DNA of 64,000 bases from Macrostomum hystrix (Eukaryota; Animalia; Platyhelminthes). The DNA lies in the NCBI GenBank assembly GCA_950097015.1, contig CATNEN010000039.1, positions 5,580,001-5,644,000 of the forward strand, read 5' to 3'. Every line of letters begins with the position of its first letter. Within the stretch, counting starts at the first letter, position 1. Positions 21,744 to 33,809 of this stretch are shown in pieces. Below the pieces are notes generated by a model. That model was not told the origin of the DNA and searched no databases. It worked only from the letters and a program-made list of their open reading frames with translations. The position numbers were made by a program, and so were the translations under genes.

Positions 21744-22125
21744 ATCTCCGAATTTCCGATTATCGATTTCTCTATTCTCCGAATTTCCGATTATCGATTT
21801 CTCTATTCTCCGAATTTCCGATTATCGATTTCTCTATTCTCCGAATTTCCGATTATCGATTTCTCTATTCTCCGAATTTCCGATTATCGATTTCTCTATT
21901 CTCCGAATTTCCGATTATCGATTTCTCTATTCTCCGAATTTCCGATTATCGATTTCTCTATTCTCCGAATTTCCGATTATCGATTTCTCTATTCTCCGAA
22001 TTTCCGATTATCGATTTCTCTATTCTCCGAACTTCCGATTATCGATTTCTCTATTCTCCGAATTTCCGATTATCGATTTCTCTATTCTCCGAACTTCCGA
22101 TTATCGATTTCTCTATTCTCCGAGT
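21744..22125. repeat. 31-bp minisatellite (~12 copies)
   Basis: Unit aatttccgattatcgatttctctattctccg. Confidence 0.95.
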
Positions 22126-22787
22126 TTTAGAATATCCAAAATCTTCATTTTCCATATAAAAAAATGTTTTATAATTCAACTTAAGCTGAACTTAATAAAT
22201 TAATCGAATTTAAAGTAGAGATCTAAAGTTTTCTTAGAACCCTTATGTTTTAATCAGAAATTTGTTACACATGTTTGCTGTCGTCATATAAAAAAAGAAC
22301 ACTTTACACAGAAGATTGAAGAATGCGGGCACAAAATAGCTGAGTCGCTTGATTGCTAGCCTCAGAGTATTATCTTGTTCCACTTCGTGTATCGTTCAAA
22401 TCAAACCGAGTCTGTAACTTGTGCCTGTGGAAGGCAGGGCATGCAACTGCAGCAAACAGTTCGTACTCTCTGGTTCGCTCACACAGCTCATAGACCAGGT
22501 AGGGGTGTGTTGCTTTTGTTAATTAGATGAAGTGCAACTGATAACAGCGCGAATTTTTTCAAGAAGTCAGGCCTGCCGCTCTGCTAAGAGGAAAATCATG
22601 CCGTTAAAGACGGGGCCATTTTTCACGATCAGCTTTCCATAGTTTTTCTTTTTACTTCAGATTGCCTGCAGCAAAGGGACTTTTCCTTCGGTCTTTTCAT
22701 TCTGATCGAGAAGGTCAGGAGCTCAAATCTCAACCCAAGGAGCAAGACAGCTGTAAAATTAGCACCACCCTCAGTGACAGCTTCCAA

Positions 22788-23680
22788 AGCTCTGTACACA
22801 GCATTTGTGAGCAGAGCTGTACACAGCATTTGTGAGCAGAGCTGTACACAGCATTTGTGAGCAGAGCTGTACACAGCATTTGTGAGCAGAGCTGTACAAA
22901 GCATTTGTGAAGTGAGCTGTACACAGCATTTCACAGCATTTGTGAGCAGAGCTGTACACAGCATTTCACAGCATTTGTGAGCAGAGCTGTACACAGCATT
23001 TGTGAGCAGAGCTGTACACAGCATTTGTGAAGTGAGCTGTACACAGCATTTCACAGCATTTGTGAAGAGAGCTGTACACAGCATTTCACAGCATTTGTGA
23101 GCAGAGCTGTACACAGCATTTGTGAATTGTGAGCAGAGCTGTACACAGCATTTGTGAAGTGAGCTGTACACAGCATTTCACAGCATTTGTGAAGAGAGTT
23201 GCACACAACATTTGTGAAGAGAGCTGTACACAGCATTTGTGAGCATAGCTGTACACAACATTTGTGAAGTGAGCTGTACACAGCATTTGTGAAGTGAGCT
23301 GCACACAGCATTTGTGAAGTGAGCTGTACACAGCATTTGTGAGCAGAGCTGTACACAGCATTTGTGAGCAGAGCTGTACACAGCATTTGTGAAGTGAGCT
23401 GTACACAGCATTTGTGAGCAGAGCTGTACACAGCATTTGTGAGCAGAGCTGTACACAGCATTTGTGAGCAGAGCTGTACACAGTATTTGTGAGCAGAGCT
23501 GTACACAGCATTTGTGAGCAGAGCTGTACACAGCATTTGTGAGCAGAGCTGTACACAGCATTTGTGAAGTGAGCTGTACACAGCATTTGTGAGCAGAGCT
23601 GTACACAGCATTTGTGAAGAGAGCTGTACACAGCATTTGTGAAGAGAGCTGTACACAGCATTTGTGAAGTGTACTGTACA
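22788..23680. repeat. ~25-bp minisatellite upstream of GST copy 2
   Basis: Unit gagctgtacacagcatttgtgagca with variants and 10-bp internal duplications. Confidence 0.95.
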
Positions 23681-23778
23681 TCTCGCCGAAATTGTCAAGG
23701 TGTATTGAAAAGCGCTCTGTAACTTTATTCATTTCAGTCAGCCCGTCTGCCAATTTCTAAAGATAGCAGCAGCATTTA

Positions 23779-24432
23779 ATGACGTCATCACCGAAAGGCT
23801 CGCAGCCGCGGCAGCCCAGTCTGGAGCTGATCTACTTCCCATCGCGCTGCCGTGGCGATCTGGCCCGCTCGCTGATGATCGACGGCAGCTTGGAGTTCGC
23901 CGAGACTCGAATTCCGCGTCGCGTCGGCTGGCTGGAGCGGAAGGCGGATTTCGTGTTCGGCCAGCTGCCGGTGCTGCGAGTTGACGGCAAGCGGGACATC
24001 CCGCAGTCGCACGCGATCGCTCGCTACCTGGCCAAGCTGACAAATCCCAGCCTGCTAGGCGAGACCATTGACGAAGCCGCCAATGTCGACATGTGGTACT
24101 ACCAGACTGACGATGTGTTCATGAATGTCATCATACCATTCTACGAGACGCCAGACTCGGCCCAACAGCTGTTCAACGACCACTGGGCCAAATGGGCGGC
24201 GCCGTTCGAGAAGGCCCTGACTGGCAGCGACTATCTGGCCAACAACCGGCTCAGCCTAGCCGATTATCACCTGCTGGACGTGACCGAGGTGATTGCGCAC
24301 TTCAGGCCGCAGCTGCTGGAGCAGACGCCGCAGGTTCGGGCTCACCGGGAGCGAATGGCGTCCAGGCCCGGCATCGCCAAGTTCATGGACTACGTCAAGG
24401 ACCTGCCGTTCACCAACTCTGGGAACTTCTGA
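23779..24432 (+). CDS. Cytosolic glutathione S-transferase, copy 2 (tandem paralog)
   Basis: Same GST motifs as copy 1, with long stretches nucleotide-identical to it. Confidence 0.95.
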   Translation: MTSSPKGSQPRQPSLELIYFPSRCRGDLARSLMIDGSLEFAETRIPRRVGWLERKADFVFGQLPVLRVDGKRDIPQSHAIARYLAKLTNPSLLGETIDEAANVDMWYYQTDDVFMNVIIPFYETPDSAQQLFNDHWAKWAAPFEKALTGSDYLANNRLSLADYHLLDVTEVIAHFRPQLLEQTPQVRAHRERMASRPGIAKFMDYVKDLPFTNSGNF

Positions 24433-24639
24433 ATGACTGGCCTTTAATAGTACTCGGCGGTCTCTTTGATCACAAAGTTGATGCGCAGTCTTCCAAAAGT
24501 ACATTTCCATAGTACAATTTTACAGTAGAAAGACCATTATGGAATTAGAAATAACAACATTCTTCATTTTTATGTATCTCTTAAAATATTCAGAAAATGC
24601 CAAAGAGATTTATACAGGGCAATGTTAGTTGTCCTTGTC

Positions 24640-25303
24640 ACCAGGAGAGAAATGGGTCCTTCCCCAGGAGGGAAATGGGTCCTTCCCCAGGAGGGAAATG
24701 GGTCCTTCCCCAGGAGGAAAATGGGTCCTTCCCCAGGAGAGAAATGGGTCCTTCCCCAGGAGGGAAATGGGTCCTTCCCCAGGAGGGAAATGGGTCCTTC
24801 CCCAGGAGGGAAATGGGTCCTTCCCCAGGAGGGAAATGGGTCCTTCCCCAGGAGGAAAATGGGTCCTTCCCCAGGAGAGAAATGGGTCCTTCCCCAGGAG
24901 GGAAATGGTTCCTTCCCCAGGAGGGAAATGGGTCCTTCCCCAGGAGGGAAATGGGTCCTTCCCCAGGAGGGAAATGGGTCCTTCCCCAGGAGGGAAATGG
25001 GTCCTTCCCCAGGAGGGAAATGGGTCCTTCCCCAGGAGGGAAATGGGTCCTTCCCCAGGAGGGAAATGGGTCCTTCCCCAGGAGGGAAATGGTTCCTTCC
25101 CCAGGAGGGAAATGGGTCCTTCCCCAGGAGGGAAATGGTTCCTTCCCCAGGAGGGAAATGGGTCCTTCCCCAGGAGGGAAATGGTTCCTTCCCCAGGAGG
25201 GAAATAGGTGCTTCCCCAGGAGGGAACTGGGTCCTTCCCCAGGAGGGAAATGGGTCCTTCCCCAGGATGGAAATGCAAGGTCCTTCCCCAGGAGGGAAAT
25301 GGT
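24640..25303. repeat. 23-bp minisatellite (~28 copies)
   Basis: Unit tccccaggagggaaatgggtcct. Confidence 0.95.
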
Positions 25304-25828
25304 CTTTCTACTGTTAAAAGTACATTAAATTTGTTTTTGTTTTCGTCTGGAAAAGTGAAAGAAAAGTGCACCCTCTTTACCATAAGAAAATTCTCGATAA
25401 ACTAAAATTATATATTTTATCCTCTTTGTTATTTTTTTATGGTACGTTAATTAAAATTACTAAAAGACAACAACAATTCGCATTTCGCTACTTACAGTAG
25501 ACGCTACGGTCTAAATAGTAAATGACCAACCACCATGCTGTAGAATTTCGAGTGGGCAGATACAAAAAAATGACGAAAAAAATGTTTTGTTATACTTTAC
25601 GCGCACAAAGACTTGATCGTGAGATATTTCGAGGAAAAATCAAAGCAATTATCTTAATCAGTTAAGTACTGCAAGGAGTGCATCAAGGAAAAAGCTCTGA
25701 GGAAAAACTGATTTCAATACTTATTTCTAATCCGACCACAAAGAACGTGCCAAAAAACGATTGGATATTGCGCCTTCTACATTTTCTGTAAAGAAAAATT
25801 TGTGAAACTTTATACGTACGTATTTCAT

Positions 25829-26458
25829 AGTCAGTGACTGAGGGACTCAGTGACTGGGGGAGTCAGTGACTGGGGGGAGTCAGTGACTGGGGGAGTCAGT
25901 GACTGGGGGGAGTCAGTGACTGGGGGAGTCAGTGACTGGGGGAGTCAGTGACTGGGGGGAGTCAGTGACTGGGGGAGTCAGTGACTGGGGGGAGTCAGTG
26001 ACTGGGGGGAGTCAGTGACTGGGGGAGTCAGTGATTGGGGGAGTCAGTGACTGGGGGAGTCAGTGACTGGGGGGAGTCAGTGACTGGGGAGTCAGTGACT
26101 GGGGGGAGTCAGTGACTGGGGGGACTCAGTGACTAGGGGAGTCAGTGACTGGGGGGAGTCAGTGACTGGGGAGTCAGTGACTGGGGGGAGTCAGTGACTG
26201 GGGGGAGTCAGTGACTGGGGGAGTCAGTGACTGGGGGGAGTCAGTGACTGGGGGGAGTCAGTGACTGGGGGAGTCAGTGACTGGGGGAGTCAGTGACTGA
26301 GGGAGTCAGTGACTGGGGGGACTCAGTGACTGGGGGAGTCAGTGACTGGGGGAGTCAGTGACTGGGGGGACTCAGTGACTGGGGGAGTCAGTGACTGGGG
26401 GAGTCAGTGACTGGGGGAGTCAGTGACTGGGGGAGTCAGTGACTGAGGGAGTCAGTGA
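25829..26458. repeat. 16/17-bp G-rich minisatellite
   Basis: Unit agtcagtgact + G5-6. Confidence 0.95.
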
Positions 26459-26575
26459 ATAAAAAACCAATGATCTGGCAATCAAAGAATCGTGGAAGCT
26501 GAGAGCCGGAATCAGGTCCATTGTGGCAACCAACAAGCGGTGAGCAGATTCTACAAAACAGTCCAAGTGCATCTG

Positions 26576-29500
26576 CTACACCTGCTTGGGCACTAAACTG
26601 ATTGCCGCCTCGTTTACGCCGTCCTCTCCGTCTTCGCCGCCGCCGCCGTTCTTCTCGACGTCGGCCCGACGCCGCTGCTGCTGGAGCCAGGCGGCTTCCG
26701 CGCCGCGTCGCATGCCCTCCGCGCTGGCCACGGTGTCCGGCAGTGGCAGGCCCCGAGTCTCCGGCAGCAGCAGCAGGGTGAGGCTGCTGGCCACCGTCAG
26801 GCAGCCGAACACGAGGCCGGGCAGGAAGTGGCCGTGCCTAGCCAGGCTGTTGGTGTAGGGCGCCACGATGTTGCCCATGGTGGCCAGAAATGTGGCCAGG
26901 AATAGGCCGTTGTTGCTTTAGGGAAATTGGAAAGGCTTTCAGAATCGTCTTTGGGCTCGGCAGTGTTTCTATCGCTTAATGGAAATCACCGAATGCAATG
27001 TACAGCTGCTCAGACTGCATGTGGGGACCGGATTGTCCATGCTGCCAACCTCAGTGCTTGCTAAGGAATAATAATAATATTTTCTGGAGGGCTGCGGGAC
27101 TGGCACATTATTTGGTGACACTAGACCCGCAGCCTGCGCATTGCTGAGCACTCTCTCACAAGTGTGTACATCTGTCCTGACTTTCTCATTGTCAGACAGT
27201 GCACACTCTCACAAGTGTGTACATCTGTCCTGACTTTCTCATTGTCAGACAGTGCACACTCTCACAAGTGTGTACATCTGTCCTGACTTTCTCATTGTCA
27301 GACAGTGCACACTCTCACAAGTGTGTACATCTGTCCTGACTTTCTCATTGTCAGACAGTGCACACTCTCACAAGTGTGTACATCTGTCCTGACTTTCTCA
27401 TTGTCAGACAGTGCACACTCTCACAAGTGTGTACATCTGTCCTGACTTTCTCATTGTCAGACAGTGCACACTCTCACAAGTGTGTACATCTGTCCTGACT
27501 TTCTCATTGTCAGACAGTGCACACTCTCACAAGTGTGTACATCTGTCCTGACTTTCTCATTGTCAGACAGTGCACACTCTCACTGTGCCTTGGCGGAATC
27601 GAGCTGCTGGACTTTTGTGCGAGAAGCAAAGTTCTCAGCATCGCAGTCACCAGGATCTTCTTCATCACCGTCTGGAGTCGGGAACTCCAACAAAAGCACC
27701 CGATCAGCATCTGAAAGACGTCTGCGTTTCCAAAGCTGAAATTGAAGAATCCTCTTCTGCATGCAGTCAGGAGACAATCAGTGAATGAAATGGACGATGG
27801 CGACCTTCTTGGCTAAACTGTACACATACAGGCAACCTTCGGGACCTTCAACGGAGTGAAACCGCGCAGCTGACGATCTGGCACCCCAACAACGTCCTCA
27901 GATCATTAAACCAATATGGATTCGCCATGGGGTTATACAGAGCAGTGTAAGTTGTCCTTGTGACCAGGGTCTTCAACCATAATTGCTGACAATCTCGACA
28001 ATGCTCACGTCGGACGGTTTTAAGGGCGGGAAATTTTGATCCATATGGCGGACTTTCACGAAAATCGGTCATTCGGTTTGGGAGCTATCATGAAGTAGGC
28101 AGCGGGCATTTGAAATTTCCCCCGTTGGGCATTCTACTGTTGATAAAGAGCGAAAATAGAAAACTGCTTCACACTCTTTGCTAGCTACTACAAGTAGGCG
28201 ATCCAGCTAATGAATTTTCTTCGCGATTAAGATGATAAAATAATCGACCGAGGCGGTGCGCACCGGACAGAGGTGGGCAGCAGCTCCGTGGCGTACAGGT
28301 CCATGACGCAATAGGCAGCGGTGAGGATGCACTTGGAGAACAGGGCGATGCCGGTCCGCAGGCCGGCCAGCGAAGCCGTCGGCACGTGCGGAACCAGCAT
28401 GACCCCGAGCCCGCTGACCAGCGCCATGATCACCGTCGGCGTCCGCCGGCCCAGGTAGTCGCTAAGCAGCCAGCCGATGAAGGAGGAGGGAATCTCAACC
28501 AGGCCGGTGTACACCTGATTCAGCACAATGTTGGACGTCGTGAATTCGACATCGGCGCTGAGGCCGCAGTAGGTGAACGAGAAGGCGGTCAGCATGAAAA
28601 ACACGACCAAGGTTTTTTTCCTGCGATGCGGCGGATGGGAGCAAAAAGGAAAAATTGGCAGTGAACTTGATGAGGGATCTAAGAACCCTATTCCATGGAT
28701 TCTGACATCCCAATCCTACAGATTCTGAAATCTCAATTATATGGATTCTGAAATCCCAATCCTACAAATTCTGAAATCCCAATCCTACAGATTCTGAAAT
28801 CCCAATCCTACAGATTCTGAAATCCCAATCCTACAGATTCTGAAATCCCAATCCTACAGATTCTGAAATCCAAATCCCATTTTTGCGCCAGGCTCTCGCC
28901 TCATCTCCGGGTAGATGAACAGCTCAGCCAGTCGGCCAGTCGGTTCCTTCTCCACCACCACCAGCTCCAGCTGCCCGCCACTATTCGGCTGCGCCGGTGG
29001 GCTGTCGCCGACGCCCCCGCTCCCGCCGGCTCCGAAATAGTCCAGCGGCAGGCGGATGCCGTTCCACCTGGCCAGCCGGCGGAATACGGCGGCGGCTTCT
29101 GTCTGACGGCCGCGCAGCACCAGCCAGCGGGGCGACTCCGGCACCGCCCAGGCGATGGCGGCGTACACCAGGCAGGGCGCCAGTGTGGTCAGCTGCACCG
29201 AGCGCCAGTCGCCGATGGCTGCCACCAGGGCTCCGGAGGTCATGTAGCCGGCGCACCAGAACAGCCAGAACAGGTTGCCGAGGACGGAACGGTAGCGCTC
29301 TGCTGTGAGCTCCTCCACTAGCAGCAGGCTCTGCGGTTTACAGTGGGACTTTAATGCATTTCGGTCGGTGACATTCGGTGGGATTTTTCAGTGGGATTTT
29401 AAACGCAAAATTTTTATGTGATATCGGTGGTAGTTCCATTTCCGCTTTCGATGGGATTATAAGGTGACATTCGGTGGGATATTAGGGGGATATTCGGTGG

Positions 29501-32500
29501 TATTTCAGAGTGATATTCAGTGGGATTTCAGGGTGATATTCGGTGGGATTTCAGGGGGATATTCGGTGGGATTTCAGGGTGATATTCGGTGGGAATTCAG
29601 GGGAATATTCGGTGGGATTTCAGGGTGATTTTCAGGTGGGATTCGAGGTGATAACGGAAACGGAACGGAACGGAAACTATCGAGCTCTTTTTGTGAATCC
29701 ACAAGCCCTATTTCACTTAAGGCTGGCCAGAGCATTCTGCTCACCTGGTAATAGACAGCCGACGATATGCCCTTGACGAACCTGGAGGCCAGTTGGAGGC
29801 CCATGTTGGGCGCCAGAGCGGGCAGCGGGCTGGAGACGGCATCGAGAGCCAGGAAGCACAGGATGATGGTTTTGCGCCCGATCCTGTCGCCAAGGGTGCC
29901 GAAAACCATGCCGATCGCGGTGCCGGCGAAGTACATCGGCGGCAGGAGGTCGCGCAGGTAGGCCCGGTCGCACACCAGCTGGTAGCGGCTGACCAGGTTG
30001 CTGCCGGAGAGAGCGGAGCCTGGCTCAGCCGGGAAGGTGAACGAACTGCAGGCCAGGCTGGCGTCTGGGCGGCGTGCGGATTGGTTGATGTTGATTGGCT
30101 GGTGTGTTGATTGGCTGGTGTGTTGATTGGCTGGTGTTTTAATTAGCTAGTGTGTTGATTGGCTGGTGTTTTAATTGGCTAGTGTGTTGATTGGCTGGTG
30201 TTTTAATTGGCTAGTGTGTTGATTGGCTGGTGTTTTAATTAGCTAGTGTGTTGATTGGCTGGTGTTTTAATTGGCTAGTGTGTTGATTGGCTAGTGTGCT
30301 ATATTGGCTGCGTGTTGATTGGCTAGTGTGCTATATTGGCTGCGTGTTGATTGGCTGGTGTGCTGATTGGCTGGTGTGTTGATTGGCTGGTGTATTGATT
30401 GGCTAGTGTGTTGATTGGCTGGTGTTTTAATTGGCTAGTGTGTTGATTGAATGGTGTTTTAATTGGCTAGTGTGTTGATTGGCTGGTGTTTTAATTGGCT
30501 AGTGTGTTGATTGGCTGGTGTTTTAATTGGCTAGTGTGTTGATTGGCTGGTGTTTTAATTGGCTAGTGTGTTGATTGGCTGGTGTTTTAATTGGCTAGTG
30601 TGTTGATTGGCTGGTGTTTTAATTAGCTAGTGTGTTGATTGGCTGGTGTTTTAATTGGCTGGTGTGTTGATTGGCTAGTGTGCTATATTGGCTGCGTGTT
30701 GATTGGCTGGTGTGCTGATTGGCTGGTGTGTTGATTGGCTGGTGTATTGATTGGCTAGTGTGTTGATTGGCTGGTGTTTTAATTGGCTAGTGTGTTGATT
30801 GAATGGTGTTTTAATTGGCTAGTGTGTTGATTGGCTGGTGTTTTAATTGGCTAGTGTGTTGATTGGTTGGTGTTTTAATTAGCTTGTGTGTTGATTGGCT
30901 GGTGTTTTAATTGGCTGGTGTATTGATTGGCTAGTGTGCTATATTGGCTGCGTGTTGATTGGCTGGTGTGCTGATTGGCTGGTGTGTTGATTGGCTGGTG
31001 CATTGATTGGCTAGTGAGTTGATTTGCTAGTGTGTTGATTGGCTGGTGTGTTGATTGGCTGGTGTTTTAATTGGCTAGTGTGTTGATTGGCTGGTGTGTT
31101 GATTGGCTGGTGTGTTGATTGGCTGGTGCATTGATTGGCTAGTGAGTTGATTTGCTAGTGTGTTGATTGGCTGGTGTGTTGATTGGCTGGTTTTTTAATT
31201 GGCTGGTGTTTTAATTGGCTAGTGTGTTGATTGGTTGGTGTTTTAATTAGCTTGTGTGTTGATTGGCTGGTGTTTTAATTGGCTGGTGTATTGATTGGCT
31301 AGTGTGCTATATTGGCTGGCGTGTTGATTGGCTGGTGTGCTGATTGGCTGGTGTGTTGATTGGCTGGTGTATTGATTGGCTAGTGAGTTGATTGGCTGGT
31401 GTTTTAATTAGCTAGTGTGTTGATTGGCTGGTGTTTTAATTAGCTAGTGTGTTGATTGGCTGGTGTTTTAATTGGCTGGTGTGTTGATTGGCTAGTGTGC
31501 TATATTGGCTGGCGTGTTGATTGGCTGGTGTGCTGATTGGCTGGTGTGTTGATTGGCTGGTGTATTGATTGGCTAGTGTGTTGATTGGCTGGTGTTTTAA
31601 TTGGCTAGTGTGTTGATTGAATGGTGTTTTAATTGGCTAGTGTGTTGATTGGCTGGTGTTTTAATTGGCTAGTGTGTTGATTGGTTGGTGTTTTAATTAG
31701 CTTGTGTGTTGATTGGCTTGTGTTTTAATTGGCTGGTGTATTGATTGGCTAGTGTGCTATATTGGCTGCGTGTTGATTGGCTGGTGTGCTGATTGGCTGG
31801 TGTGTTGATTGGCTGGTGCATTGATTGGCTAGTGAGTTTATTTGCTAGTGTGTTGATTGGCTGGTGTGTTGATTGGCTGGTGTTTTAATTGGCTAGTGTG
31901 TTGATTGGCTGGTGTGTTGATTGGCTGGTGTGTTGATTGGCTGGTGCATTGATTGGCTAGTGAGTTGATTTGCTAGTGTGTTGATTGGCTGGTGTGTTGA
32001 TTGGCTGGTGTTTTAATTGGCTAGTGTGTTGATTGGCTGGTGTTTTAATTGGCTAGTGTGTTGATTGGTTGGTGTTTTAATTAGCTTGTGTGTTGATTGG
32101 CTGGTGTTTTAATTGGCTGGTGTATTGATTGGCTAGTGTGCTATATTGGCTGGCGTGTTGATTGGCTGGTGTGCTGATTGGCTGGTGTGTTTATTGGCTG
32201 GTGTATTGATTGGCTAGTGAGTTGATTTGCTAGTGTGTTGATTGGCTGGTGTGTTGATTGGCTGGTGTGTTGATTGGCTGGTGTGTTGATTGGCTGGTGT
32301 TTTAATTGGCTGGTTGCATTGGCAAAGCAATTGGCACTCACTGCTGGGTGAGCGCATTGTACACTGGTCATCACTGGCGGTCCAACCAGTGTCATTTCCT
32401 GGTATCTGACACAGGAACTTTGGCTGGTGCATGAACAGCACCAGGAGCTGAAACTCCAAGCAGGCCTTCAAATTGGTGAAGGACAGCAGCACGAACAGCA

Positions 32501-32555
32501 GCACCTGCGCCCTTGATAGGCCGCCAATGTCCATAAGAATCTTCTCGTACTCCAT
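26576..32555 (-). CDS. SLC22-family organic cation/anion transporter (MFS), 5 exons
   Basis: Exons 32555-32342, 30064-29745, 29330-28900, 28620-28264, 26915-26576, all phase-consistent; intron 3 is GC-AG. Motifs EKILMDIGG, NLVSRYQLVCDR, LGDRIGRK, VPESPRWL, SDYLGRR, YATELLPTSVR, LLPETRGLPLPDT. Confidence 0.93.
27067..27596 (-). mobile_element. 5'-truncated SINE family A copy with an internally amplified 53-bp segment
   Basis: Tail and 3' stem-loop at 27067-27135 match 15430-15493; sequence after the array (cactgtgccttgg) matches 15625-15637. Confidence 0.88.
27153..27583. repeat. 53-bp minisatellite, 8 apparently identical copies, SINE-derived
   Basis: Unit ctctcacaagtgtgtacatctgtcctgactttctcattgtcagacagtgcaca. 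Confidence 0.97.
28698..28880. repeat. 23-bp minisatellite in SLC22 intron 3
   Basis: Unit cagattctgaaatcccaatccta. Confidence 0.9.
29370..29652. repeat. Degenerate ~22-23 bp minisatellite in SLC22 intron 2
   Basis: Unit similar to ttcggtgggatttcagggtgata. Confidence 0.85.
30079..32314. repeat. 16-bp minisatellite with higher-order structure, filling nearly all of SLC22 intron 1
   Basis: Unit ttgattggctggtgtg / ttaattggctagtgtg variants recurring in ordered blocks. Confidence 0.95.
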
Positions 32556-32733
32556 GTTGCTGTGTGGGTCTGTATGCAATCCTGTTTTGAAAATTATAAT
32601 GTGACCCTTTTGACAGGTTGCAGCAACTCCCAATGCGTCTGCCATAGCTGAATATAACCAACTGCTCCCCACTGCCGATATAGAAAATTTACAGCGCGTG
32701 AGGTAAGTGGCGAGCCAGCCTTAAATTTGAGCA

Positions 32734-32792
32734 TTGGGGCTTGTCGTGCTCTGCCTGACGATGAGAAAGTCAGGGCAGATGTAGACACTTGT
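32734..32792 (+). mobile_element. SINE family A internal fragment
   Basis: ttggggcttgtcgtgc...tgcctgacgatgagaaagtcagggcagatgtagacac matches the core of the 46.2 kb and 15.6 kb copies. Confidence 0.75.
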
Positions 32793-33809
32793 CCGATTGT
32801 GTTCATCCATCCATTATCGCAGCCATCATGCAAATATGATTAATCATGATCGTACACTTACCAAAGACTCGGAACACTGGTTCCCGTGGCAGGTCTGTTG
32901 CAAATCCCCTACAGAATGTCTAACAAACTTGCCGCTTTAAATAGGATCTAAGCTTTTCCTTAAGTTGCACAGATACTTGTGTGAAGTTCGCAAGCAAATG
33001 TCAGTCAACGCAGAATTTATTCTAAACAGCATTTATTCAATTCTATTAGTTCGCAACAAGCCGAGCTACGCCACCTTAAAGTCAGCCTAAGCCCGTCCTG
33101 ATTGACAGCTGCCAAAAGTAGTGGAGGTCGGATTAAATGAAGCTAAGAAAGAGTGGGGGATTGATTGCATTCCCGCGTGCGGAGACAAGGTCAAACTGAA
33201 TAAATTGCAGCAGGTTGGAGTTAAGCCTGCATTTTGCACTGTAAATACTGTAGTGCACGGAGCAGTACTGCAGGCTGCCTGGGGGGGATTGGCCTGGGAA
33301 GAAGGGCAGGAAAGACTGGCAGTGCTCGGGCTTGGCCAAAAGTGTAGCGACCTGCCAGCCAGGCCAAGAGGTGGGAGCAGAGACCGCCCGGTGTTTTCGC
33401 ACTGATTCGCCCAGACCCATGCAGGTCGCGCGCATGAGACAGCAATGGCAGAGGCGGACGGGATTTCGTGGGTTGCTACCCTCCAGGGGCCGGAATCGTG
33501 ATCCCTGCTTTCTTCCCCAAAATCTGAACATATTCCCCTTCTGGCAATTCCTTTTTTTGCCTGCAACAATCAGGTAGATCACGCGAGGCCAACGATTGCA
33601 GCTGGGGCAAAGCAGCAGAGAAGCGGATTGCAAACTGGCTAGGTGTATACATGCAACAAGTTGAAGCCTCTGCTTCAAGGCCTCCGTTGATTTTTACGTA
33701 AAAGTACAAATTTGAAGATCCGAATGGGAAAATCAAATGGAAAAGTTCAGCACACTTATAGCAATGGGACACCAGTCAGATATCTTACGTGTGTACAAGG
33801 AGGTCAAAA

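Noticed and set aside
33087-33780. Cluster of overlapping 70-180 aa ORFs, and 35317-35697
   Set aside because: No recognisable motifs or consistent splice structure; probably decayed TE sequence.
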